A stretch of DNA of 47,835 nt from a virus (lineage: Duplodnaviria; Caudoviricetes): positions 1 through 47,835 of IMG/VR virus record IMGVR_UViG_3300033485_000025; one strand, 5' to 3'. The translations under genes were made by a program, and so were the position numbers. The notes beneath the pieces were generated by a model, which was not told the DNA's origin, did no database searches, and saw nothing but the letters and a program-made list of their open reading frames with translations. Below are positions 15,996-24,238 of this stretch, piece after piece. The number at the start of each line of letters is the position of its first letter. Position 1 is the stretch's first letter.

Positions 15996-16286
15996 ATGAA
16001 GACAGATATTGAGATATTACTAGAGCAAAGATTTACGCTTGGAAATAACGATACATTAATTCCAATTATTGTAGTTCAAAAAGCCATGCAAGAAGCAAGA
16101 GAGGATGAAGCAAAAAAGTATAAAAAAATATTAGAGGAAAATAATCATGTAATTAAAAGTTGTAAAGTAGCATTTCAATTAATTTATGAAGAAAACCAAC
16201 CCATAACTTGTTCGACGGCTAAGAGCCAATTAAATCTAATTGAACTATTCAAAAATAAACCAACAGACAATAAACCAAATGGGTAA
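15996..16286 (+). CDS. Hypothetical protein
   Basis: 96-aa ORF. Confidence 0.6.
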   Translation: MKTDIEILLEQRFTLGNNDTLIPIIVVQKAMQEAREDEAKKYKKILEENNHVIKSCKVAFQLIYEENQPITCSTAKSQLNLIELFKNKPTDNKPNG

Positions 16287-16418
16287 GATCGTAAAATATT
16301 ATTTTCCTAATCCCGAAGCAGAGGAAAGGAAAAGCAACATTGACCAATTAAAGAAATTAATTGATTGGCATATCCCGGAAAATAAAAAGTTTGTAATTAA
16401 TAAAATAAAAAATGAGCA

Positions 16419-16619
16419 ATGAAAAAAGTGATAATAATTTCAATAATGTTAATTTATGGATGCGGATCTAATAATAATAAAGAAAGAATAGTTTGGATGA
16501 GTAACTCATTGGATAAGCCTTTGTGGTCTATTACAGTACTCGGAAACGACACAATTATACAAGGAGATAAGGATGCGGCAATTAAAAATTTAATGAATCA
16601 TCATTGGATCACCCCTTAA
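16419..16619 (+). CDS. Small putative lipoprotein
   Basis: MKK, hydrophobic core and IYGC lipobox. Confidence 0.6.
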   Translation: MKKVIIISIMLIYGCGSNNNKERIVWMSNSLDKPLWSITVLGNDTIIQGDKDAAIKNLMNHHWITP

Positions 16620-17106
16620 AAGCTCTTATGTAGCAATAGCCAATAATTGAAACTATCAAAAGAATTATGCTGATCCATGTCCACCAACGGCAAAATATAT
16701 CGGCTTTTTTCCTATGTTCTTTTTCGCATGGCAACCATTTAGTATCAACTTTCAAGTGGTAATTTGTTTTTTCAATTTGCAATCTTTTAATTATATCAAT
16801 CAAAGAATCGGTAGCGCATTTGAATTTTATCCTGCCACCTTTAATATCAATACTTGACGTTAAACCGCTTTTCTTTTTCTCGGAATGAAATACTACATCG
16901 GGCGGAAGAAAGTTAAATGTCGTGTCGAAAACGATCTCTTTGTATGGTCTAAAAATCGTGTCATACAAAACCAAAGTATCTGTTTTTACCCAAACGCTAT
17001 CCTTTGTGATTGGCGGATATTTTTCATTGCACCACTTTTGTGCCGAGCAACTCGATAAAAATAAAAGGATAAAAAATATTTTAAACAGTTTTTTCAGGGT
17101 GTTCAA
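16609..17106 (-). CDS. Putative unimolecular spanin-like protein
   Basis: N-terminal lipobox (LSSC) and C-terminal TM helix; last gene of the lysis cassette. Confidence 0.65.
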   Translation of the reverse strand: MNTLKKLFKIFFILLFLSSCSAQKWCNEKYPPITKDSVWVKTDTLVLYDTIFRPYKEIVFDTTFNFLPPDVVFHSEKKKSGLTSSIDIKGGRIKFKCATDSLIDIIKRLQIEKTNYHLKVDTKWLPCEKEHRKKADIFCRWWTWISIILLIVSIIGYCYIRAFKG

Positions 17107-17347
17107 TTTGTCCGATGAATTTAGTAATGAATTTAATTATTGATCCACCTGCCATACACCATTTAGCAACCGTTAAAAGGAATGCAGGCATTGCGAAATT
17201 TGTTATACCGTTAGCTTCTAACATTGCAGGAAAAGCAATAATGCCAGCTCCAATAGCTGCTAATAACAAAGATATGTCGCCTAATATTTGCCAAAATTTA
17301 GGAGTATTGTTTTTGAAAAATTGGCTTACGCCTGCGATTGTTTTCAT
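17081..17347 (-). CDS. Putative holin
   Basis: TPKFW motif and two TM helices, next to the endolysin. Confidence 0.65.
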   Translation of the reverse strand: MKTIAGVSQFFKNNTPKFWQILGDISLLLAAIGAGIIAFPAMLEANGITNFAMPAFLLTVAKWCMAGGSIIKFITKFIGQIEHPEKTV

Positions 17348-17358
17348 GTTGTTTGGTT

Positions 17359-17856
17359 TTATGGTTTAACTACTAAAATGTTTTTTAATCCTGTCCACCT
17401 AAAATCGGTATGCAACCATGTTGAAGCGATGGACACGTCTTCAATTGTTGTAACTCCGTTTGCCATAAATTCGGCTTCGTTTGCTTTAATTATTTCGTGA
17501 ATCTCTTTGTAATCCGCCTCCATTTTTGTTCCATCATTCATCACGATAATAATATCACAATCAAAAGCATTACAGAACCTGTGTTGACTTTCTTTTGCTC
17601 CTTGTAAACAATCCGGAGAACGATAACCTCTGAAATGATAAGGCCCTCCTGTATGCCAATTATTAATAACGATAAGAACGGTTTTTACTTTGTCGTTCCC
17701 TAGCTTATTTTTATAGTAGGATGTTAAAAACGATTTTAAAAACTCGGCATACTTTACAGCTTTTTGACTAATAAAATATATTGATCGATCACCCCAAACA
17801 TCATACGTTGATTTAGGAACAAATTCTTGTGCTAAAAAATTTTGACTAATTTTCAT
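17359..17856 (-). CDS. Endolysin, peptidase M15-like
   Basis: ISQNF..QEFV, RGYR, SQH...AFD, WLHTDFR (Zn ligands). Confidence 0.85.
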   Translation of the reverse strand: MKISQNFLAQEFVPKSTYDVWGDRSIYFISQKAVKYAEFLKSFLTSYYKNKLGNDKVKTVLIVINNWHTGGPYHFRGYRSPDCLQGAKESQHRFCNAFDCDIIIVMNDGTKMEADYKEIHEIIKANEAEFMANGVTTIEDVSIASTWLHTDFRWTGLKNILVVKP

Positions 17857-18041
17857 TTCTTCTTCTTTTTCCTATTTAATTTTTCCTCTCTCCACCATTT
17901 ACGTAATGTATACCCAATGGTTATTGCCGCTACCAAAGCCTTTATTAATATATCAGCATTAGCAAATGAAAATATGAAAGCTATGCAACCCATTGATATT
18001 ACTTTAAAATAATCAATATTATCAATTAATCTGTGTATCAT
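17853..18041 (-). CDS. Small membrane protein (holin/antiholin-like)
   Basis: Two hydrophobic segments and a basic tail, upstream of the endolysin. Confidence 0.6.
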   Translation of the reverse strand: MIHRLIDNIDYFKVISMGCIAFIFSFANADILIKALVAAITIGYTLRKWWREEKLNRKKKKK

Positions 18042-18439
18042 AACCTTATAGTAAAATTGTTTGTTTCAAAATATCCGTTTAATTCTGCTTTTTCTGCTTC
18101 GGAAAAAGTCATGTTTAATTTATTTATCAATGACAAAACAGTTTGCTCTTTAGCGTTTCCATTTACTCCATCCGAAAGCGTTGTTGTTAGTGCTGAAAAG
18201 ATGGTATGGTTTATTGTTTCATATTCCAAAACAGCCCTTTGAAATAATGTCGAATAAAATAAAGAAGTTTTCAAACCCTTCCAATTAAGTTCTAAAACAA
18301 CTGGCAAAGAGTTTTTATATTCTTCATGTTCCGCTTTGGTTTCAAAATAATAATAATTTTCATTGTCATTTGTAACCGCATAAAATTTGCCTTCAGGAAT
18401 ATTCTCAGGTTTTCCGTTTATATTTTTTATTGTTATCAT
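18038..18439 (-). CDS. Hypothetical protein, possible fibre chaperone
   Basis: 133-aa ORF coupled behind the fibre-like gene. Confidence 0.5.
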   Translation of the reverse strand: MITIKNINGKPENIPEGKFYAVTNDNENYYYFETKAEHEEYKNSLPVVLELNWKGLKTSLFYSTLFQRAVLEYETINHTIFSALTTTLSDGVNGNAKEQTVLSLINKLNMTFSEAEKAELNGYFETNNFTIRL

Positions 18440-20541
18440 AATATTTTGTATGAGAAATTAAATGAATAACTAATATTTGCTATGGATACAGGTTGGCCTC
18501 TAAAAATAACTCTATCATTTGTAAAATCGGCAGTTATCCCAAAGACATTAGCGCCGGCCACATTACTAAAAGTGATAGCTGAGCCTGCTAAATCAGCAGC
18601 AGCAGCAAGATTAGAAGCTATGGGAAGACTCATTCCTAGCACTGTATTGATAGCTGTTGTTGTTACATCAATATCAACCTGGCCCCAAACAGTAACTGTG
18701 TTTCCTATCCTATACCAATTAGTAACATAGGCTGTGCTTGCAGCTACGTTTGTTGTGTTAAAGAGTGTCGGAGTATAGCTTCCTTCTTTGATTTTAGAAT
18801 CAATATATTCGGTAGTTGCTATTTTGCCAGAACTATCATTTGCTGTTTGTGTCGGAGCTATCGGACTACCTGTTAATGTTGGCGAAGCACTATAAACTAT
18901 ATTAGTTGTATTAGTTCCGGTGGTTCCTGTTGCTGTATTAAGATAGTTTAATTGTGTGCCTGTACTTGTTACCGATGTTGCCCCTAAAGTAAATGGAGTT
19001 GGTATAGTTGCTGTTCCTGTAAATGTAGGGCTCGCTATTTTTGCGTAATCATCTAAAGAACCAATAAGAGCAGGCATTTGAAAACGAGAGCTAGTTGCAT
19101 CATCATAACGCAATGTTATCACAGCGGTACTTGATGCCATTTTAGCATATATCTTTATTACTATTCTATCTGTTGCGAGTAGCGTTACCGCTGTTGTAAG
19201 TGCGGCTGTTGCATCCTGTTGAACTACTGTATTGACTGATGTTTGTGAAGTATTATCTGAGGTAGCTAAAAGTGTTTCTGTGCCTGCTAAAACTTTTTTA
19301 TAAATCTCATAATACATATAATAATTATTTGCTCCCGCTGTTTTTTGAGAATCAAAATGAGCAGAAAATAAGCCAATAGGAATAGTTGTAGTGTTCGGGT
19401 ATCCGCTGTTTGTTGAAAAAGTTCCTATTAAATCACCTGTTGTTGTTGCAGTTACTGTTTGAGTTGCTACCGCTCCAACTGTATATAACGGTAATGAGAG
19501 AGCCTGCTTATACACTCCACCCCAACTCGAGGCGGCATCTACCAACATAAAAGTCAATGAAGCTGCTGAGTTCTGTGTTATATACGTTCTTACCGCTTTT
19601 TGAGTTGGATAAAGTGTGTCGCTATTTGCAGCGAATGTTCCGTCGGTACTTTTATTTGCTAAATCTTCTTTGAGATCAATTCTGTTTGATAAAGAAGAAG
19701 TGTCTGTTCCGGTCGCAGTTAATGTGCCGGCACTAAATGATAATCCACTACCAACAGTAACTGGTTTTAAATTTTTTGAATCGTCCCAATAGGCTAATTT
19801 TGAAGCAGTAGCTTGGTTGAAACTATATAATGGAGCATCAAAATTAATTTTCTCGGTACTTGAAATATAATTTTCAGTGGAGTCTATTTGTATATGCCCA
19901 TTCTTCCCTGTTATGGCATAATCTAAAGACGATTTTTCAGATGAAAGAGCTATATTCCCTTGAACTGTTCCATTGTTATATTCTTGATAAACAGCATCGC
20001 CGGTTACACTAACATAAGCAGTATCACCGTAGAATAGGCCATCATTTGCCCCTCCATCCATAACCAATAATGTTCTTCTATTTGTTGATGAAATTATTTT
20101 ACCTGTTGTTAATTTAACGGTATCTCCATTTTGAAAAATCCAGCTATCAACGGATGTCCCTCCGATATTAACAGGCATAAATGTTGATGTAGGATTGACT
20201 GATGCTGTGGTTCCTATTCCTATAACATTCCACGCAGCGCCTGTCCAGCTTAATTCAGCGCCTTTTCCTGTTAATAATAAACCACCCGGTGAAAGTGTAA
20301 AAGAAACAGATCCTACATTTCGTATAAAAATAAATTTACCCGATGCTGCATTTGTAAGATTCGGGACTGTTAATGTTTGTCCGGCTGTAGTTTGGTTGAT
20401 ATTAAATAAGCTAACAACATCAACTGTTGTTGCTGCTGTTCCTATCGATCCGCCTGTTGGTTTATCTGCAATAACCTTTCCTGTCGCTTGTCCGAACATT
20501 AAAGCCGGAGCCAATAATAAAATAAATAATAATTTTTTCAT
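18436..20541 (-). CDS. Tail-fibre-like protein with an N-terminal Sec signal peptide
   Basis: MKKLLFILLLAPALMFG|Q; fibre repeats (ASPTFTG, APTQ..NDSSGKIATTEYI, YPTQKAV); gp53-like C-terminal domain (YRIGNTVTV). Confidence 0.7.
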   Translation of the reverse strand: MKKLLFILLLAPALMFGQATGKVIADKPTGGSIGTAATTVDVVSLFNINQTTAGQTLTVPNLTNAASGKFIFIRNVGSVSFTLSPGGLLLTGKGAELSWTGAAWNVIGIGTTASVNPTSTFMPVNIGGTSVDSWIFQNGDTVKLTTGKIISSTNRRTLLVMDGGANDGLFYGDTAYVSVTGDAVYQEYNNGTVQGNIALSSEKSSLDYAITGKNGHIQIDSTENYISSTEKINFDAPLYSFNQATASKLAYWDDSKNLKPVTVGSGLSFSAGTLTATGTDTSSLSNRIDLKEDLANKSTDGTFAANSDTLYPTQKAVRTYITQNSAASLTFMLVDAASSWGGVYKQALSLPLYTVGAVATQTVTATTTGDLIGTFSTNSGYPNTTTIPIGLFSAHFDSQKTAGANNYYMYYEIYKKVLAGTETLLATSDNTSQTSVNTVVQQDATAALTTAVTLLATDRIVIKIYAKMASSTAVITLRYDDATSSRFQMPALIGSLDDYAKIASPTFTGTATIPTPFTLGATSVTSTGTQLNYLNTATGTTGTNTTNIVYSASPTLTGSPIAPTQTANDSSGKIATTEYIDSKIKEGSYTPTLFNTTNVAASTAYVTNWYRIGNTVTVWGQVDIDVTTTAINTVLGMSLPIASNLAAAADLAGSAITFSNVAGANVFGITADFTNDRVIFRGQPVSIANISYSFNFSYKIL

Positions 20542-20551
20542 GTTTGTTATT

Positions 20552-20932
20552 TTAAAATACCCCTAAATCTTCTGTTATTTGCATTCCTGTTTGATCTATT
20601 GTTTGCTTCCACAAATGAGGTATTGCTGCGTTATCAACAAAATACCCAGTCGCTTTTGGTGTCAACAACTCCCATCTTGTATTGGTTAAATCATACATTA
20701 AAACTATATCGCCAATCAAATCTCCCGGAAATAATTTAACTCCTCCATTTTTAGTAATTGTTCTTGCTGCTAATCCATTAGGAGCGAAAGTCGGAGCGTT
20801 GACTGTATTTGCGCCCAATGTCCTTAAAAATAAAATCTTTTTATCTATCAACGTAGGAACAGGCGAATACGTGGCTGTGATCGCATCTACCGTTCCTGTT
20901 GCTGCTGCTGATAACCCTAAATTTATATCCAT
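20552..20932 (-). CDS. Tail-associated structural protein
   Basis: GTVDAITATY...ANTVNAPTF...GLAARTITK...YD..RWEL domain typical of fibre N-termini. Confidence 0.6.
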   Translation of the reverse strand: MDINLGLSAAATGTVDAITATYSPVPTLIDKKILFLRTLGANTVNAPTFAPNGLAARTITKNGGVKLFPGDLIGDIVLMYDLTNTRWELLTPKATGYFVDNAAIPHLWKQTIDQTGMQITEDLGVF

Positions 20933-21684
20933 TACAAACTAATATTTACTATTTCAGCATCTAAATCACTTGATACTGTTGTGCTGTTTAAAACCCCGTC
21001 TAAATAAACATTTATTGTTCCGCCTGCGCCGCCCCCACCAAGCCCGGCAATAACACAATTTTTTATACTCGTTGGTAAATTGTTCACCCGGTCAATATTC
21101 ATTTGACAGGTATCAATTGCATCTGGATTACAAGTATCTGAATAACTATCTTTAATTTCAAAACTCATTTTAAAGCCGGAATACCTCCGCATTAAAAATT
21201 GTTTCAATTCCTGCGTTAACCCATTATATTTATCAAATATCTTTTCCGGTCTTGTTTCAGTTGTTAAATTTTCGGCTTCATAAAATTCTAAAACATTTAC
21301 AACATCCTGAATTAACTGACTTGTAAAATCGTGGGTTAAAGTATCATCAATTAAATCTAGGTTGCACCAAAATACGATTGAGAAAAAGCAGGTAATCTCA
21401 TCATCATTTTTATTTATTAAAGTTGGTCGATCAACTTCAAAAAAACAATACGCAGCCACAGAAGCATCCGGTCTAATATCAAAATGTTCTTTGGTTCCGT
21501 CATTGGCTTGTATCTGCGGATAAATAGTTTTTAACTCTGAATTTATTCCAGCCTTTGCAATATTGTACGCACGATCTAACCACGCTATATCAGTTTGTAA
21601 AGCAACCTGTAATTTTTGCGCTACCGAATACTCCAGTCTTGGAGAATCAAAATAAGGCGGTATGTTTGGTAGCGTAATTGACAT
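20932..21684 (-). CDS. Virion structural protein (tail terminator-like)
   Basis: Position in the tail module; SIVFWCNL strand. Confidence 0.45.
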   Translation of the reverse strand: MSITLPNIPPYFDSPRLEYSVAQKLQVALQTDIAWLDRAYNIAKAGINSELKTIYPQIQANDGTKEHFDIRPDASVAAYCFFEVDRPTLINKNDDEITCFFSIVFWCNLDLIDDTLTHDFTSQLIQDVVNVLEFYEAENLTTETRPEKIFDKYNGLTQELKQFLMRRYSGFKMSFEIKDSYSDTCNPDAIDTCQMNIDRVNNLPTSIKNCVIAGLGGGGAGGTINVYLDGVLNSTTVSSDLDAEIVNISL

Positions 21685-21696
21685 TTTTATTTAATT

Positions 21697-22611
21697 TTAC
21701 ATACAACGAAATCTCTCAAGCCTTGAATATGCTGGTTTAAACTCCACAGTTACGGGAGCGCACTTACTTGTTTTTATCCAACGGGGCTCATAAGCCGAAG
21801 TTCTTTTTACTTCTTTTTGAATTATTTCCTGTGGATTATTTGATGAATAGTCTGTAATTAAAAGTTTGTCAGATTGTAAAGCGTAGGTTTTAATTATATT
21901 GTGAACCCAAGCCGGAACAGATCCAATAGTTAGTGTATATTTTTCCTCCTGAATATCTTTTACATTTTGGATCTCTCCATTTCCGTATTGAATTTGTTCA
22001 TCTTCATAAGAAGAAATCGGGTAGCCAAAAATGGAGTTGGGTAAACGAATTTGTGAGTACCAGTTTAGCCCCGAAAAGTCTAACACTTTTTTATCGTTAT
22101 CAATATCTCCGATTCCGCTATTTAAGTACCATTCAAGACGAACGGTGTTATCTTTTATTCCACACCCAAAAGTTTGTAAACAATAAGTACGTGAATAACT
22201 TATAACACTTCCCATTGGATTTGTTTCGGTTATTTTTATTCTATACTCACCCTCTCCAAACGAATCTAAAACAACAGACCAATATAAAACTATCCCGGCA
22301 TAGCTGGTAAAATCAAGTGTGCCAAGTGCGTAGTACTCTCCGTAAGTTTGGTCTGTTATTGTTGCTTGATCTGTCCATGTTCCACCAACTTTTTTTTGAA
22401 TAACAAAAACAGCAACAGTAGTCCACGCTTCAAACATTGCCAAAATAGAAGATTTGTCATTTTCTAAATCCAGTCCCGAAGCATTGGCAAAAACAGGAAT
22501 AATAAAATTACAATCAAATTTATTGTCATCGCATTCCGGGAATGGAGTAGTACTTCCTGAGTCTACAAGATTGAAAGTAACGATAGCTTTTTGTCCTATT
22601 CCTGTTGGCAT
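21697..22611 (-). CDS. Virion structural protein (distal tail/baseplate-like)
   Basis: 304-aa beta-rich ORF in the tail module. Confidence 0.5.
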   Translation of the reverse strand: MPTGIGQKAIVTFNLVDSGSTTPFPECDDNKFDCNFIIPVFANASGLDLENDKSSILAMFEAWTTVAVFVIQKKVGGTWTDQATITDQTYGEYYALGTLDFTSYAGIVLYWSVVLDSFGEGEYRIKITETNPMGSVISYSRTYCLQTFGCGIKDNTVRLEWYLNSGIGDIDNDKKVLDFSGLNWYSQIRLPNSIFGYPISSYEDEQIQYGNGEIQNVKDIQEEKYTLTIGSVPAWVHNIIKTYALQSDKLLITDYSSNNPQEIIQKEVKRTSAYEPRWIKTSKCAPVTVEFKPAYSRLERFRCM

Positions 22612-22635
22612 TTTTTAAACATAATAAATTTTATT

Positions 22636-24222
22636 TTAAAAATCGTATGTAATAGCAGCGTTATCATAATTATCCGAGTTAGTTAACGCGGTTACTGTTA
22701 TTGTTTTATTTGTTCTACAATGTGTAGCTACTAAAGATGAAGCAGCGGTTTCTCCTATACTTTTCCCGGTTCCTGTTCCGATTAAAGTAGAACTATAAAC
22801 TATTCCGTTTACATTATTTAAAGCTGTTTTATCGGCTCCGGTTACAACCCAAACGCAGGTATCCATTAACCCTGAGAAACTTCCGCCCCATTCGGTTCCT
22901 CTCATTTTACAATGAATTACCGCCCCTTGAAAAGCACCACCGTTACCAGCAAAACTTTGGCTCCCACCTACGCAATGAGTAAAAGTTCCGGCAACAGTAC
23001 CTCCGCTTCCAAAACAATTTAAAAGCCCTGTACAATAATTAAAAGCTCCGTCAGCACTTGCTTTACCGAAGCAATCGTTACCACCCGTACAATCCGTAAA
23101 TGTGCCATTCGCTATTCCTGCGGCTACTCCGCCGAAACAATTAGCTCCGCCGTCACACCTAGTAAATGTACCGTTCGCGCTTACGTACCCAAATGAATTA
23201 TCCGACGCTTTACAATCTTTAAAAATTCCGTTTGCTGTACCTGTTGCTGCACCCCCGAAAGACCCGGTACCTGCGGTACACCTTGTAAAATTACCACCGG
23301 CGTTAAGTCCAAAACTATTATTTCCGCTAGTACAATCTGTAAAATCACCTGACGCGTCTCCTGATATTCCGAAAGAATCTACCCCTGCCGTACACCTTGT
23401 AAACGCTCCAAACGCTTCTGTATCACCGAATGAATCCGTTCCACCCGTACAATCTGTAAAGGTTCCGTTCGCTGTACCCCCTGCGGTTCCGCCACCGAAA
23501 GAATTATTTACCGCAATACAACGTTTAAATGTCCCGCTCGATACTATACCAAAACTATTATTCCCTCCGGTACAGTCTATAAAAGTTCCACTGCAAATTG
23601 TAGTTGTGCCGCCGCCAAATAGATTATCGTTTTGGTAACCGCAATTTATATAACGACCAGAATAATCTATATCTTTTCTTGTCGGGTTACTATTCCCGGA
23701 AGCATCGAATAAAATATCTTCTAAAATAGTATTCGGTAAAGCTGTATCCGGGTAATAAGCAAAATCTGTTGCTATCGCCGAAATAGTTTTAATCGTTATA
23801 TTTTTAATATGTACGTCGTCCGCCGTTTGTGCTAACGTATTTCCAGACCCAGAGTTTATTACTATGGAATCTTTTGCTCCGATCCCGATAATATCAATAA
23901 ATGGAGTATCTAAAACTAAAGCCCCTACTTCCATAAAATATTCACCCGGTAAAAGTAATACCGCGCCCCGATTTGACGCGCTTAAAGCAACCCCATTAGG
24001 TGTTAACGATTGAGCAAAAACGTAAGCCGCTAAAAGGTTAGTGCCGTTATCCGCCGCGTTATTAGTTATTTGAGGGATAACGTAGTTTGGCATTTCGGTT
24101 AGTACAGGAGAGGCTACCCGAAAAGAAAGGTTCGGTGCGCCCTCTTTATACATATGGAAAAACATCTTCGAAATATCAATATCCGAATTTGCCATTAGTG
24201 TTCTTGCTGATAGTTTTGTCAT
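22636..24222 (-). CDS. Beta-helix tailspike / receptor-binding-like protein
   Basis: LLLPGEY...IIGIG beta-helix cap and about 12 repeats of GxFxxCxxxxxSFG. Confidence 0.7.
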   Translation of the reverse strand: MTKLSARTLMANSDIDISKMFFHMYKEGAPNLSFRVASPVLTEMPNYVIPQITNNAADNGTNLLAAYVFAQSLTPNGVALSASNRGAVLLLPGEYFMEVGALVLDTPFIDIIGIGAKDSIVINSGSGNTLAQTADDVHIKNITIKTISAIATDFAYYPDTALPNTILEDILFDASGNSNPTRKDIDYSGRYINCGYQNDNLFGGGTTTICSGTFIDCTGGNNSFGIVSSGTFKRCIAVNNSFGGGTAGGTANGTFTDCTGGTDSFGDTEAFGAFTRCTAGVDSFGISGDASGDFTDCTSGNNSFGLNAGGNFTRCTAGTGSFGGAATGTANGIFKDCKASDNSFGYVSANGTFTRCDGGANCFGGVAAGIANGTFTDCTGGNDCFGKASADGAFNYCTGLLNCFGSGGTVAGTFTHCVGGSQSFAGNGGAFQGAVIHCKMRGTEWGGSFSGLMDTCVWVVTGADKTALNNVNGIVYSSTLIGTGTGKSIGETAASSLVATHCRTNKTITVTALTNSDNYDNAAITYDF

Positions 24223-24238
24223 TGTTTTTTATTTTTAA

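Noticed and set aside
23102-23638. 178-aa + strand ORF and other antisense ORFs in the late arm
   Set aside because: Shadow frames of repetitive or codon-biased genes on the opposite strand.
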